NCBI GenBank assembly: GCA_965645245.1
Contig: OZ287072.1
Span: 620,001 to 684,000 of the forward strand
DNA from: Massalongia carnosa
Lineage: Eukaryota
Reading direction: 5' to 3'
Length of the DNA stretch: 64,000 nt
Shown here: positions 12,483 to 24,656 of the stretch, piece by piece
How the letters are laid out: every line of letters begins with the position of its first letter
How positions within the stretch are numbered: position 1 is the stretch's first letter
Notes under the pieces: generated by a model
Told to the model about the DNA's origin: nothing
Database searches by the model: none
The model's input: the letters and a program-made list of their open reading frames with translations, nothing else
Made by a program: the position numbers and the translations under genes

Positions 12483-13983
12483 TCAAAATCCGCAGAATGA
12501 CCCCCCCACACATCTCGACCTGATTGTTTCAGGCTTTGAATCTTCCTGGCCGTCGCTGCCTCCTTTTTCGGTTCCTCCCACAATATCTTTCCACTCCCTT
12601 TCCGGAGCCTTGTCAACCCCACCTCCTACCATGTCTCGATCCCATGCCCATTTCGCTCGGAGTTCCTCGTCAAGTGTGCCGTCGATCATCTTACCTATCA
12701 GCTCCCCCAGGATAGGGAAAAATTTCCATCCGTGGAACGATCCACCGGTGGCAAAATAAAGACCATCACAAGTCGGATGTGATGAAATGACAAAATCTCC
12801 GTCGCAAGCGAAATTGTCCCTAGTGGCCCATTAGATATCACAACGAACCGGTGAGGCTCAAGAACGGTCTGCACTCAATCCAGAAAGAGAGACGGATTTT
12901 ACCAGCATATCCTATAAGAATCAAATTTGAGGTCCTTACTCAATGCACCGAAGATACTATCACAAATGCGACGACACTCGTTCTTCATGGACACGGGCAC
13001 AGCATCTATGTTTGTAGGTACTGATATCATCTGTCCAGATTCTGCATGGAAAATTGAGTTCCTGAAGCTCGTCTCACCAGCAAACTTGAGGTAGCCGTCA
13101 TTCGTGGGAGGTAATACCTCGCCTTGTGTTCACCATAGCATTAGCTTTTAGATTTTTGGCGCCGGAAACAAGACAAGCGCGCTGGAGACAAACCATAAAT
13201 CTCCCCTACATCATGGACAGTGATAGGTAGGTTGGCAAACTTCTTGCGCTGTGTTGGGGATAACTTAACATGGCCAATAACACACCCAGCCGCCATCAGT
13301 CGATTCTCGACGCGAAGGTCTTGGCGGTTCGGAGCGCTGCTCGCGAGAAGCTGAGCGGTATGCGCGCCGGTGGCTAGAATCGTGTGAGTCGCAGTAAATG
13401 TTCTACCATCAGCGGCTCGTACTCCGGTACAGTTTCCAGATTTGTCAAACATTAAACTGGTAACTGTCGCCTGTACCATATCAACTCCGAGATTTGTAGC
13501 AGTCTTCATTACTTCAGCCAATGCAGGAAACGCCTCAACCCAGCCAGACTTGGGGTTGATATAAACTTCTTCGAGGTCCTGGAGGGCCATCCCGTTGAAC
13601 ATGCCAGAATACCGATGCTTCATGCCATTCACGGACACGAAACCTGCCTCGGACTCGATCCCCAGGCGGCGTAACTGTTCCAGTATCCTTCTGGAGCTGT
13701 CAAGCTCGCCTACTGTGAGCTTTTCTGAAGGATGGTAGAACCTGGCCCACAGAGGATCCTCCATCCAGGCCTTTCGCGCTTTGAGTGCAAGGCGGAGGTA
13801 CACCGGATCCTCATATTCGATGCGGATGATTCTATTGATATCTATCGATGCACCTGATTGCTCGGGGAGCGAGTCCGTTTCAACTAAGATGACTCGGCAT
13901 CGTGGCTGGGTTTTAGCCAAGTGATAGGCAGCCGAAACGCCAAAGATACCACTGCCAACGATGAGGAATGTTTTGATTTCCAT
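12483..13983 (-). CDS. FAD-dependent oxidoreductase (sarcosine/pipecolate/fructosyl-amino-acid oxidase family), multi-exon
   Basis: N-terminal LIVGSGIFG (GxGxxG), ASIDINRIIR, and C-terminal DFVISSHP..LYFATGGSFHGWKFFPILG. Introns near 13190-13125 and ~12940-12820 (exact structure uncertain). Confidence 0.88.
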
Positions 13984-14249
13984 TATTACACTGCACGATG
14001 TTAAATGAATCGACAAGTATAATGCTATATTGCCTTGAGTTATCATTTATAGGAAGTTTTGTCCGACTGTAGGACCGCAAGATCGATGATGCTAGAGACG
14101 GCGCTACCGCATGCATTGCATAAGCGTTGTTCGCTCTCTTCTCTTTTCTCTTTTCTCTTCTCTCTTCTCTCTTTTCTCTTCCTTCTTTTCTCTTTCTTCT
14201 TTCCTCTTTCCCTCGTTCCCTCTTTTGCTCTTTCCCTTCTTTGTCCTTC

Positions 14250-14352
14250 GCTCTTCGCTCTTTGCTCTTTGCTCTTTGCTCTTTGCTCTTTGCTCTTTGC
14301 TCTTTGCTCTTTGCTCTTTGCTCTTTGCTCTTTGCTCTTTGCTCTTTGCTCT
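14250..14352. repeat. Heptamer microsatellite (CTCTTTG)n in a pyrimidine-rich tract
   Basis: Direct reading; it explains the (KEQRAKS)n and (FALCSLL)n ORFs. Confidence 0.95.
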
Positions 14353-15249
14353 TTCCTCCTTTCTCGTTGCTTAATAATCATTGTCCATTCCTGTAAATAC
14401 GGATCAGCTGTATTCCGTACCAAATTCGCTTGACTCTTATGCTCTTCGCTCTTTCCGCCTTTTAAGGCGAGTATGGACTGTTGTTCAGGCTCAATTAACC
14501 GTTAGTGCGTAATTCTACAAACATAGGTTTTGCTTAGTCTATACCGCTGGCAAGGTTGACCGTGAGTTTCTCAAATCTCATGTTTGATCGGAGGGGAGAG
14601 ATTTGTGTCGTCTCTTTTTATCGCGAGCAATAATACGGGAGCTAGAGCGAGGCGCTCCACTCGAGGTTATTCATTATTCATCACGCATTCAGCCTCGAGC
14701 TCCCCGTGGCGACATTATGAGTATACCCTGTGTGTATGAATGACCAGGATATGGCGACAAATCTGAGCTATGCGTCTCAGAAATTCAGTACGCATTCAAA
14801 AGCCTTACCGATTTTCTTTCCTCTTAATCAGCCAAGTTCGCTAGCAGCTGGCTTTTGGGCTCTGGTGGTGTTTTAGACTATCATAGTCATTGGTCAATGC
14901 CTATGGTGGGATAAGCACAACAAAGATCAAGTACGTGAGAGTAAATAGAGGAAATGGCTAGTAGAGATTTTCACTGTTAAATTTGGAGAGGGACTGGAGT
15001 AAAGAGCAAAGATAGAGAAAAAAATGATAGCAGCCTCATTTCCCAGCCATAACCTCCCAGCCATAGCCCGAGAGTGATGAGAGCAAAAAGCCAGGGTCGA
15101 GGAGCAAAGAGAGAAAAGAGACAGAAATTTCAGCATGAATATAAAATCAGTCTCTTTCGCCTTTAGCATTATCTTTCAGAGCACAAATCAACAGCACAAT
15201 AACCCTAGAAAAACAATTATCCACGCTGCCTCCCAGCTTGTTTCTCAAT

Positions 15250-15795
15250 ATGAATCCAATAACTCTTGGCGCCAGCGTGCCGTCTCGCACAGCAAGTCGT
15301 CTTATGAGTCAACGATTCGCTGCATCTTTGGCTGCACTTCCTCATGAGACAGCTATGCAGCGATACTACGAGCAACAACCTTCTATTGAGTCAGCCTCTA
15401 CAGCCTTATACGCAAAGTACCAGGCTACACCTGATCGAACAACCAAAGAGAAAACCCTCGGATCATCCCAGTGCGCCGAGCACAGGGTTATTGTCAAAGT
15501 TGATACTCCGCATTTCCAGAGGATGAGCACGCAGCAGTTTCAGCAGCAGCCGCCAATTTCTGCGCCGCCTTTTCAGACATCCTATGCTCAGTACCGCATC
15601 ATACCAGCAGCTGGCAACAACTATGACTTCCTTTCCAGAAGACACGCTACCTCGTCGATGACCGCTAATACTAGCGAAGCATCGACAGGTACGCTGGAGC
15701 AGCTATCGTTACCTGAATCGTCCATGGAAGGTGATCATTTGACGGTCAACGTGTTGATAGACCTGATCGACAGCGCATCCTGTCGGTGGCTTTGA
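15250..15795 (+). CDS. Hypothetical low-complexity Q/S/T-rich protein
   Basis: ~180-codon ORF following a CAA-rich leader; no recognisable domain. Confidence 0.35.
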   Translation: MNPITLGASVPSRTASRLMSQRFAASLAALPHETAMQRYYEQQPSIESASTALYAKYQATPDRTTKEKTLGSSQCAEHRVIVKVDTPHFQRMSTQQFQQQPPISAPPFQTSYAQYRIIPAAGNNYDFLSRRHATSSMTANTSEASTGTLEQLSLPESSMEGDHLTVNVLIDLIDSASCRWL

Positions 15796-15973
15796 CGATT
15801 GGTCTACGTCTTGCTGGTACTTTGTCCATTGTACTGTAAAGAGTTGGAAATAGCTTGGCTGGAAGTTGATCGGGCCGTTCATCTTTCTAAGAATTTGGCT
15901 AAGGGGTGGATATTTTCGAATACTATGGGTCACTAGAGGCGTGCGGCGGGAATTTCGAAGAGCTTTCGGTTAT

Positions 15974-16953
15974 TTACCTAAGTTGTAGAGTTTTGTTGTG
16001 ATGAACAGTTTCCATATGCCTGTCGAGATTGCCTTGCCGAGTAAAGCCCTTGGTATTTCGACATCCATCAACAAGGCACTTCAAAGGCCGTTCATGTTTA
16101 TATAAATGTGCCCTATGAATTTAAGTGGGCTGTTCCAAGAGTAAAAATGTAACTAGAAGAAATGAAAGGGCAAATTGACTGACCTAAAGGTTGAATTCAT
16201 TTCAATCACGACTAGATTTCCATCCTCGTTGACCCCACCCTTGTCACACGCCAGTCCAAAAGGACAAGTGTGCTGTCCCTTCCCTCGAGCCCCTCGTAGT
16301 TGATCTAAGAGAGGAGTAATGTCGATGTCATGATCCTCTTCATCGTCATTATGGTCGTTCTCGACATCCTCCTCTCCGACCACATCTTCTTCTCTAGAAG
16401 AGGAGACTGTACGTGGCTGGAGAGGTGGCGGCATGGACATGTGAAACGGTCGTGGGATTACAGCTACGGATGCTGGGAACGTAGCCATGGCGCTGGATTC
16501 AACAGTCGAAGAGCCGGCAGGCTTTCGAAACTTGTTCCCATCCCAAGCTTGTTGGCAATCTCGCACTCCTGCAGCTACCACAGTAGCCATATGTCTGTTC
16601 AACGGTCAAAAAAGAGATTCCTATAGGAGTAGCGGGCCCCGGGCGGCCTACTTCAAAGCAGCGTGTTTGTCATTCAAGGAATCGATGAGTTCAAGTTCGC
16701 TCATCTCATCCATTGCCATTAGATGATCGATCTGCTCCTGGGCATAATCAGGAATTGCATCCCCAGATGCGATTGTATCTAATAGACGCGCCAAGAGTTT
16801 CAGCCAGTATGCACACAGATCAATCAGCTCGCCCACGAAGCATGGCTGCTGCCATGGAGGAGGATCTATGGAGGCGACGATGATTGGCATAAGCTGACGG
16901 ATCAGCCGCTGAGCTCTGTTATCCCGATCCAGAGCAGGAATAGCGGTGTCCAT
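15974..16953 (-). CDS. Zinc-finger protein with two C-terminal C2H2-type fingers, 3 exons
   Basis: GT-AG introns (~16651-16596, ~16184-16113) join ORFs 16648-16953 and 16153-16602 to a last exon. Fingers are CPFGLAC..FRAHLYKH and CLVDGC..GFTRQGNLDRHMETVH. Confidence 0.8.
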
Positions 16954-17324
16954 GATAGGTATGACTTAGAGTATTTCAAGCCGAGGAAGAAAGGTCCCTA
17001 GCTTTTGTAGAGACAATGAGTAAAGTACGCCTTACCTTTCTGATCATCCAGTTTTTTTAGATCATCGTTAGGCTGCTTGTGGCTGCATGATCATACGATG
17101 TCAATCACGGGATTCGGGTACAGCCTACTGGGAGCTATCGATATGTTGCATCCCAAAACTCTGGAGCAATAGATAAGAGCCTCGATCATGCTTCTGTTAC
17201 TTGACTACAGAATGATACTCAAGCTTGACCCGGCGAGAGACAACTTTGAAGTTCCTGCTCTGCATGAGCGCCCGAACGTCTTTCATCTGTCGAAATCCAT
17301 GAGGAGCAGCCTCTCCTTTCGAGT

Positions 17325-19602
17325 ATGGACTACTCCTCCGACTGGACTGCGGGAATGATGAACCTGGAACCACAGCGCCTTACCGATCATGACGAAGATG
17401 AAGATGATGAGGGCATTCCTTTAGATCAAATTCGTGGCAGTGACTGCGGATGGAGTAGCTCTGACTGGCTTGGCTTCGACATGCACGATATTGACTTCTC
17501 CCATACTCCGAGGTCTATACTTGCAAAACGAGCGTATGATGGCGCCACATTTTCGGATAGCAAAAGACATCAAACACTCCGTATGTTCCAGGCACTCCCT
17601 TCAACTGGCTACACTGCTTACAAATTGCCATCGTAGGCGTCGTCAACGATACCATTGAAGCGTTTGCCAGAGACCGTTATCCAGAGATGCTGCCTTCAGT
17701 GCCAGATATTGCGGATCGAACACTTGAGCGTCAAATTACCAATCCTTACCTCATTGATGGCATCACTCATCATCCGAAGCATGAGCATTGGAAGAAAACT
17801 GCCATTGGTATCAACGTGAAGGAAGTGAATGGTCTTCTCAAATTTGTTCGAAAGGTCACCGATAAGGCAGCACAAGCCCCAGCATATGGTGGAAATTTCC
17901 ACCCAAGTGTTTTCTGTGCACCGACACCGCGCCGCCCTACCTCCTCTGGACCAGTGTCCGAGATCCTTCGTCATTTGCCCTGGCTTCCTCCTGACTTCGG
18001 GCGAGGGTTCAAAATGAGCCCTCAGGATGAATCTCTATTGAGATTTTGTAAGTTTTGATGACACTTGATTGCGGGTAGCATCTTGACGTGTTTTCCGGTA
18101 GATGTCACTGCTTGGTGCAAAGGCCGCACGATACTTCACGACTCAAACAGCTTTCTAAAAGATGTGACTGCTATGTGTTCTGAGAGCGCCTCTGTCCGAC
18201 ACGCTATTTTCGCGCTTGCAGCGACATATGTCCTTGATTACGAGCCTGGGGAGAACCTAGAAAAACTTGCCGATATGCATCATCAAAAAGCTGTTATGCT
18301 ACTTGGCGAGCAGCTACGAAGCCCAGAAAGCTACGCCCCAGGGAAAGAGAATGCTGTACTAGCAACGATCTTCCTACTCAATCATGATGATGTAAAATTC
18401 TAGTTTCCCCCTCGGCACTAAAACTTCTAGCGATGCGCTGACGAATAAACAGTTCGTCAACTGGGAATTTCGGGACAAGGTTGCCACCCCGAAATGGGCG
18501 CTGGGTTTGCGGACTGCAAAAATGGTTCTTGAGAAGTCGGATCCGGGATACCGTTACAACTATCCTCACAATGTGCAATGTTCCAGCGCAAGGCGCCACA
18601 TTGGTGGCTGGATCGCACAATCGGCCATATTCTCCGCGGTGACGGAAAGATTAGACACTACTCAATCTAATTGCGGCTTCAAATGGCTTCTGGAGGGCGG
18701 TGAAAAGGAAGGCAGACGTATTGGACCTCATATGGGAATGGCCTCTAAACTTCTATATCTACTTGCGCAGGTTACGTATATATCTGCGCGATTCGCAGAG
18801 GTCTGCCTTAAAACGAGGTGCCCCATGTTGCACCACTGGGCTGACTCTCTACAACATAGGATCCTACCTCCAAGCTCTATCCTTTAGTTGCTAGCGCACT
18901 TGTCAAGCATTTGAAGAATTATTATCAATGGTCTGAGTTGGGTAACGGATATTCAACTACCCAAGAACTATTCAACTCTTGCGACGTAAACAGCGATGGC
19001 AAAGTTGATCATGCCGGGAAGGCTACCTTATTAGGCGCCGAGGCTCACGCCGCGTCAATCCGAATCTATCTACAATGTCGATTTTTCCGGTAGGATCATT
19101 CACGGTAGGCCCTCCAAGTAGAGAACCGGGCTAATACTATATTACAAGCAAACCCCGACATCACCCTGATGTGGAAGCAGAGCTGAAAACCCTGCTTCGT
19201 TGCATCAGCATGTTGCCTAGCAGTGGCCACCTTTTCACCGCTCAAGCCCCATTCTTTGGGGTGTGCATGGCGGGTTTCGTGGCCTACCGACCAGAGGACC
19301 GAGAGATCGTTCGTCAGTGGTTTTTGGTGGTAGTTGGAGGATCACGGGGGGTTAGTCCCACCAAGCTGTGACGTCCTCGTTTGTTTGAAATCTGATACGC
19401 GATTGGAAACCCAGTCTAATTGTGCCTTTTGCAGAATGTTCCGCCTGCCTGGTCTGCCGTACAGAGCCTTTGGAAGTGGCATGACTCCATGCCTGCAACT
19501 CAATATGCAGGCGACGATTCCCCCCCAGGGTTAAGGAAGGCATGGTGGGAGGACATGGTTGAAGCGTTCATACGGTATGAGGGTGTGCTTACCTACACGT
19601 GA
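17325..19602 (+). CDS. Fungal-specific transcription factor domain protein (Fungal_trans_2/DUF3468-like), multi-exon, no Zn2Cys6 cluster seen
   Basis: Colinear exons joined by GT-AG introns (first at 17581-17636). Segments VRHAIFALAATY, HHQKAVMLL, IYLQCRFFR, LFTAQAPFF and NVPPAW resemble this family. Confidence 0.72.
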
Positions 19603-20021
19603 ACTCAAGTAGAGTTTTAGCAGGTTGAATGTGATACCCAAGTCGGATGAGAATGTCTCCTAGGGGCGTCGTCTATTCAGAAAGATTGTTCATCGATGGC
19701 TAGTAGGTTGGTCCTCTCCCGAAACTAATAATTCGCCATTGGGTCAAAGAAAGTCAATTAATGTTACCATAATTTCAGTGCGCAGCTTTCTCCACTGGTA
19801 TAGGGATGTGTGGAGAGTTGGTGTGAGATGTGGTTGATTAATAGTGACTGATAAATCAGAAGCTGGATATAAGATAAATGTGATGGCTGATTACCTTCCG
19901 TCTAAGCACAGGACATCATCGTTACTTGATATGGCACTGTTATCCAAGCCCGAGCCGATGTGAATAAGTTGAAATCACTCATACATAAAATTACCTGAGA
20001 GGAATCAAATACCCAAAGTCT

Positions 20022-22884
20022 CTACATCTCACAGGTCGGCTCCTTTACCGCGCATCCAAACGCCAACCTGAAATCGCGGGAGTTGGCTGCGGCACCCTTA
20101 AGCGGAAGGGTTAGCAGAATCTTCAGGCGTAGCGATCGCGAATTCGGTATCTTACGAGGATTCGCGCAAAATGTGGTGCATGGTTATTACTGCGGATATA
20201 CTTGCGTATGGTCTCCGCCTTCGTTTTGCTGCACCACCACGCTCCGTATGAAACGAAGAAGAGTTGTTCCTTAGAGAAGCGCTCCAAGCCCACGGGGATT
20301 TGGTCAGGGTATACTCTATCTTGCTCCTGCCATGCCCCGAAGGCAGCTCGCAAGCCACTAGCATCTGCGAGGTTTTCTTCCAGCGTGAGAGCCCCATCAA
20401 CATGCAATACGCTCCCATTGGGCCCGGATGCACTGAACTTGTTGTATTGGTCCACGAAGCATTGCGACCTCTGCGCGAATTGTCGTATTGTGTACTCGTC
20501 CCACCAGTCTGTCAAGTTGCCATTGGGGCCAAAATATCTGCCCATCAAATCGAAAGCTATGCTTGTCAGACCAAATCGCACCGGCAAGAGTGCAGGCCTT
20601 GATTACCGTGAGATATTTCGTGGCCCATTACCGCGCCAAAAGCACCATAGGTAAGACACTGCGGTAGTCTAGGACCGTAATAAACGGGTGGTTGCATGAT
20701 CCCCCCAGGTACAATAATCTGGTTTCCGGCAGGACTATAGAATGCCTAAAATCAACTTCAGCCATCAGATCCAAGGGGAAGGTTGGACTAAGAGCTCTCG
20801 CCTGCTTACGTTGACTGTCTCTACTGTTCTGTCCCACTCTCGTACGTCAGAGGACTCCGCCAATTTGGCAAATCTCTCATGATTCTTGGACTGCGCGAAA
20901 GAAATCACGTTCTCAAAATAGCCAACATCTGATATTTCAATCGAGCCGTAACGATCTTCGAGATCCACGGCGCTACTCAGGTTGGGATACTTGGAGGGAA
21001 ACGCGATCTCTGCTGTCATCTGATGCACTTTGTAGTCCTATCCGTCAAACACGCCTTACACTGGAGAGTGAGCAAGGTAAAGGTAGGAACTTACGTTTCT
21101 CCACTCCGCGCTCCTTAGCAGCTTGACTCATCCATTGTGCGAATTTCATTTGTTGGACATATGCTGCTGTTATAGCCGAAACAACAGCGCTTCCAAAGGA
21201 CTTAGCGTCTTTGGGCAAATGCCATTTTACCCACAAGTTACCCAGGATCCAACCTTTAGAGTCCAGTCAATCAAGTATTCGAAGAATTGCGGTTCTTTGC
21301 TTACCGAGACCTCCATTGACATGGCGTACGCAGACTTTCCATCGCTCTTCACTTGAAATCCGGGCCTTTCCCTGCAGATAATTTTCAAATTCAAACAGTG
21401 GCTGAACAGCTTCATGCCTGATGTTCATGGCGTGAGTTCGAACAGCGCTCCACACAAAATAGGCTTGAACGGTTCTTTCGTCTGTGCCTCGAAGGACTTT
21501 GGAAAGAATATCAAGATATGACGGTGCTGTAAGTATCACCTTCTGCGGGAGGAACCCTGACGTCTGATTGATGATAAGCTCCTTCAGCGAGATGTACGGC
21601 ATTCTTAATTCTGCTGCCTCTAGAGAGAACATATTGTAGTACTTTTCCACATCGAACCATTCTCGTACAGGCGGAATGGCTTCAGCAAGCTTTGTTTCGA
21701 AGTCGACAAGAGATTCGATCAGCTCGTTGGGTACCAGGAGATCACTATTCTGAGACCTCCAATTCAGAAAAATTGGGCCTTGGTGGCCAGCTGTTTCCAA
21801 TAATCGAGTAAGAACATCATGTATCACTATCTTATATTTGTCAACCAGCTCGGTATTCTTGTAAGATTCCTTTGTTGGCAAGCCGCTTCTATACACAGGA
21901 CGAATTAGCAACGAGTTTGTATCTGGTTCTTTATCGTCAATCTGTATAATTTCAGTATCGAAATACAAATGGGTGCAGAGTAGCGAGTAGTACTTTTGTA
22001 CGAAAGGAGATCAGCGCCTCTACTCCACGGTTCATCAAGTATACTACAGGCTCGGTAAGTTCATTCTCATCTTTACCAAGTTCTCCTCGCCTGCGTGACC
22101 GTGATCTGGAGTTCAAGGCACTATCCTCTAATATGGGTTTGGTTGCGAACGCGTCTTGAATTCCGAACATGATCCCAACCATTGGCGCCAGTCCTCTTCG
22201 CGTGATTTGGCTTTCATCCATACAGCATTCATATGCTTTCTGAACTTTGAGAAAATTGCGCTGCGCTGCGTTAGACGCGTCGTCGTTGTCAAAGCTTGAG
22301 GACAGCTGCGGGCCGTCCGACTCTAAGATACGGCGAAGCAGGTTCTGAGTTGCATCGGCCAGAATGGAACGTCGAGACAAGTCAGCCTGGTCTTCACGTA
22401 GCTCATGCCTGGAGTCCCATCCCCCACAGACGAAGTCTCGGAAATTCGTGCATGGGTCTATGTTTCTCGACAGCGGGGAAATGGTCTCTAATATATTTGC
22501 CGCAGCCAGAACGCATGCGGAAGATTTACATATTGGCGGATGTGGAGGTGATGTAAGTCGGTGAAATAGGTCTTGGATTCTCAGATTCAAGAAATCAAAT
22601 ACTTAAATAGTTTATTACTTACTTAACAGCAAAATAGATACTAAAGCAGTAGCAAGAACAAGGGTCAGAGTCTGCAAACCACACCATTTTAGCAATTTGT
22701 GATTTATTGCTGCCCTCCGGTCAGACCAAGAGTGGCCCAGATCATCCGACACCTCAGCATCTTCGTTCGTATCGTCATTTGAATTGTTGACGTGAGTCCG
22801 CCCCACATCACTTAACAAAATGTCATCTTCATCACTTCTCGTGGCCACAGGCGTATAACGACGACCGACAAGATATTTGTACAT
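20022..22884 (-). CDS. Peptidase family M13 (neprilysin/ECE-like) zinc metallopeptidase, type II membrane protein, multi-exon
   Basis: N-terminal TM helix, C..AC...DPCTNFRDFVCGGW, VNAFY, AVMGHEISH(A)FD zinc motif, EENLADASG, HAPHFARI and terminal C..KEPTCEM*. Confidence 0.92.
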
Positions 22885-23565
22885 ATTTCCAGAAACCGTG
22901 CACAGTTTGGGAGAACACCTGCAACCCGTCTTTGGAAGATCGAGATATCAACGGCGTCGTCTAGATTAGTATATCGTTCTTTTGTGGGCAAAGATTGAAG
23001 AATCTAATCAAAAGACGATAGTAGTACGAGGTTTCGATTAAAAGTAAAGTCAGGGTCTCGACACGAGGATAAGGATCCTCGCTCAAGTAGGAACAGACAT
23101 GACTAGATTTCTGACAACGCGTCATCGAGAATTGTTCGGAAAGAACTTTTCTTTAACATAAAACGTCGAATATCTCGTTTAATCCGTTATTACCTTTAGC
23201 AGAAATTCTCAAGGCGTCGAATTAAGCATCAACTATATATATATATATATTACGGAAGCATTTAAACCAACTCACAAAGTAAAGAGGAGACTGTTGCCTG
23301 CCTAAAGTTATTGTCTATCACCAAGGCACATAGGATTCTCTTTGAAGTTGCATATCGGTCACGTCCCAGGAGCAAAATTCCGTGAGGTTACTATTCTCGG
23401 TCTTGAGGAACGACAATGATCATTGAACCTTGGAGTTATTTCCCTCATTTTTGATACGTCATCATTCACGACATGATCCCATAGCGAAGACCATTGAAAC
23501 CCAAAAACCGAATATAGCGTCGCAAGCCTTGAGCTCCCGCTCCAATATCACTCTCCACATCGTCC

Positions 23566-23803
23566 TCAGCCATCTACCAGCAGATACGCTTCGTCTGCAT
23601 CACCAAACGCCTCTCCACGCTTCTTAGTTGCTATAATGTCCCCAAAAGTCTCTAGATCACGGCGGCCTATTTCAGCAGCTGGGAAGTTTTTAGTCGATCT
23701 TCTCTCGCTGTTGAAGAATGCACGTACTTCTCCCTGGGGTCGGCATGCTGAAAACCGCTAAGGCTAGACTGGCCACTGCGATGACGAACCAAATTCGGGA
23801 CAT
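23566..23803 (-). CDS. Putative secreted Kex2-processed RiPP (dikaritin) precursor peptide, 62 aa, 2 exons (23803-23728, 23678-23566)
   Basis: Hand-spliced: ATG after a CAA-rich leader, hydrophobic signal peptide, 49-nt GTACGT..GACTAA..CCCAG intron. Protein MSRIWFVIAVASLALAVFSMPTPGRTAEIGRRDLETFGDIIATKKRGEAFGDADEAYLLVDG*. Adjacent to a DUF3328 gene. Confidence 0.75.
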
Positions 23804-24656
23804 TCTGTGTGTTGTTGTTAAACTTGTCAGGCTTTCGTTGGATAAATAGTGAGAATGAGAAAGCTCTTGGAACTGGGAGTGTTGGTCGACGAGCGTCCGT
23901 AGTTGGGGGTTGCCTACGTCCGGCGATCTCTAGCCTTTTGTTACTTCGATTCTAAACTAAGAGGAGAATGTTGGAGCGATGGGTTTTCATGTGAAAAGCT
24001 GAAAGGGACCGCCCAAAGTTTCTCCCCGACACCAAGAGGCTCCGGGGCAGTTGCGATATACATACGCTGACATCAGATAACGTTATAGACTACAGGGTTT
24101 GGGTGAGGAGATAAGCTGTGGAGCGTATACTCGACCGAATTCGTATTCATGCAGCGATTCAATGCAGGATTCACTGCAATAGCAATGCTTGGTGTGACTC
24201 CTGCTGTTGAAGATCGACCGATGGCTACGCTCTGGCAGATAACTAGAGGACCTCGTATTGGCCGAGCATGGCCCATCATCAAACAGGAGCGGAAAGGCAA
24301 GCAGAATAAGCATATCGGGGATTTCAAAATTGAAGAGCCTGGAGAGGCAGTAGCGAATCGTCGACTGCCACGAAAATCCGTCGCCGACACGTGCCGCGTT
24401 AAAGTTGGGGGCAGCTGATCACAAAATTTAGCAATCGGGGACACCTGAAGTCCTCAAGGCTTAGCGAGCCACCGACACGCATGGGCGAGCCTTTACGTCT
24501 ATGGCACCTGAACCGGTGCGCGTACTGGCCTTGCACGTCGATGTCTTTTAGTAGCATGGATAGCGATGGCTACGCTACTTCATCTCGGCTGGCGTCAAAA
24601 ACTTGACATAGGTCCTAGATTTTTTCAATCATCGGTTCTCAGTGTTGTTGCTAACT

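Noticed and set aside
14043..14433. Charged and hydrophobic repeat ORFs on both strands
   Set aside because: Translations of a (CTCTTTG)n microsatellite and CT-rich tract.
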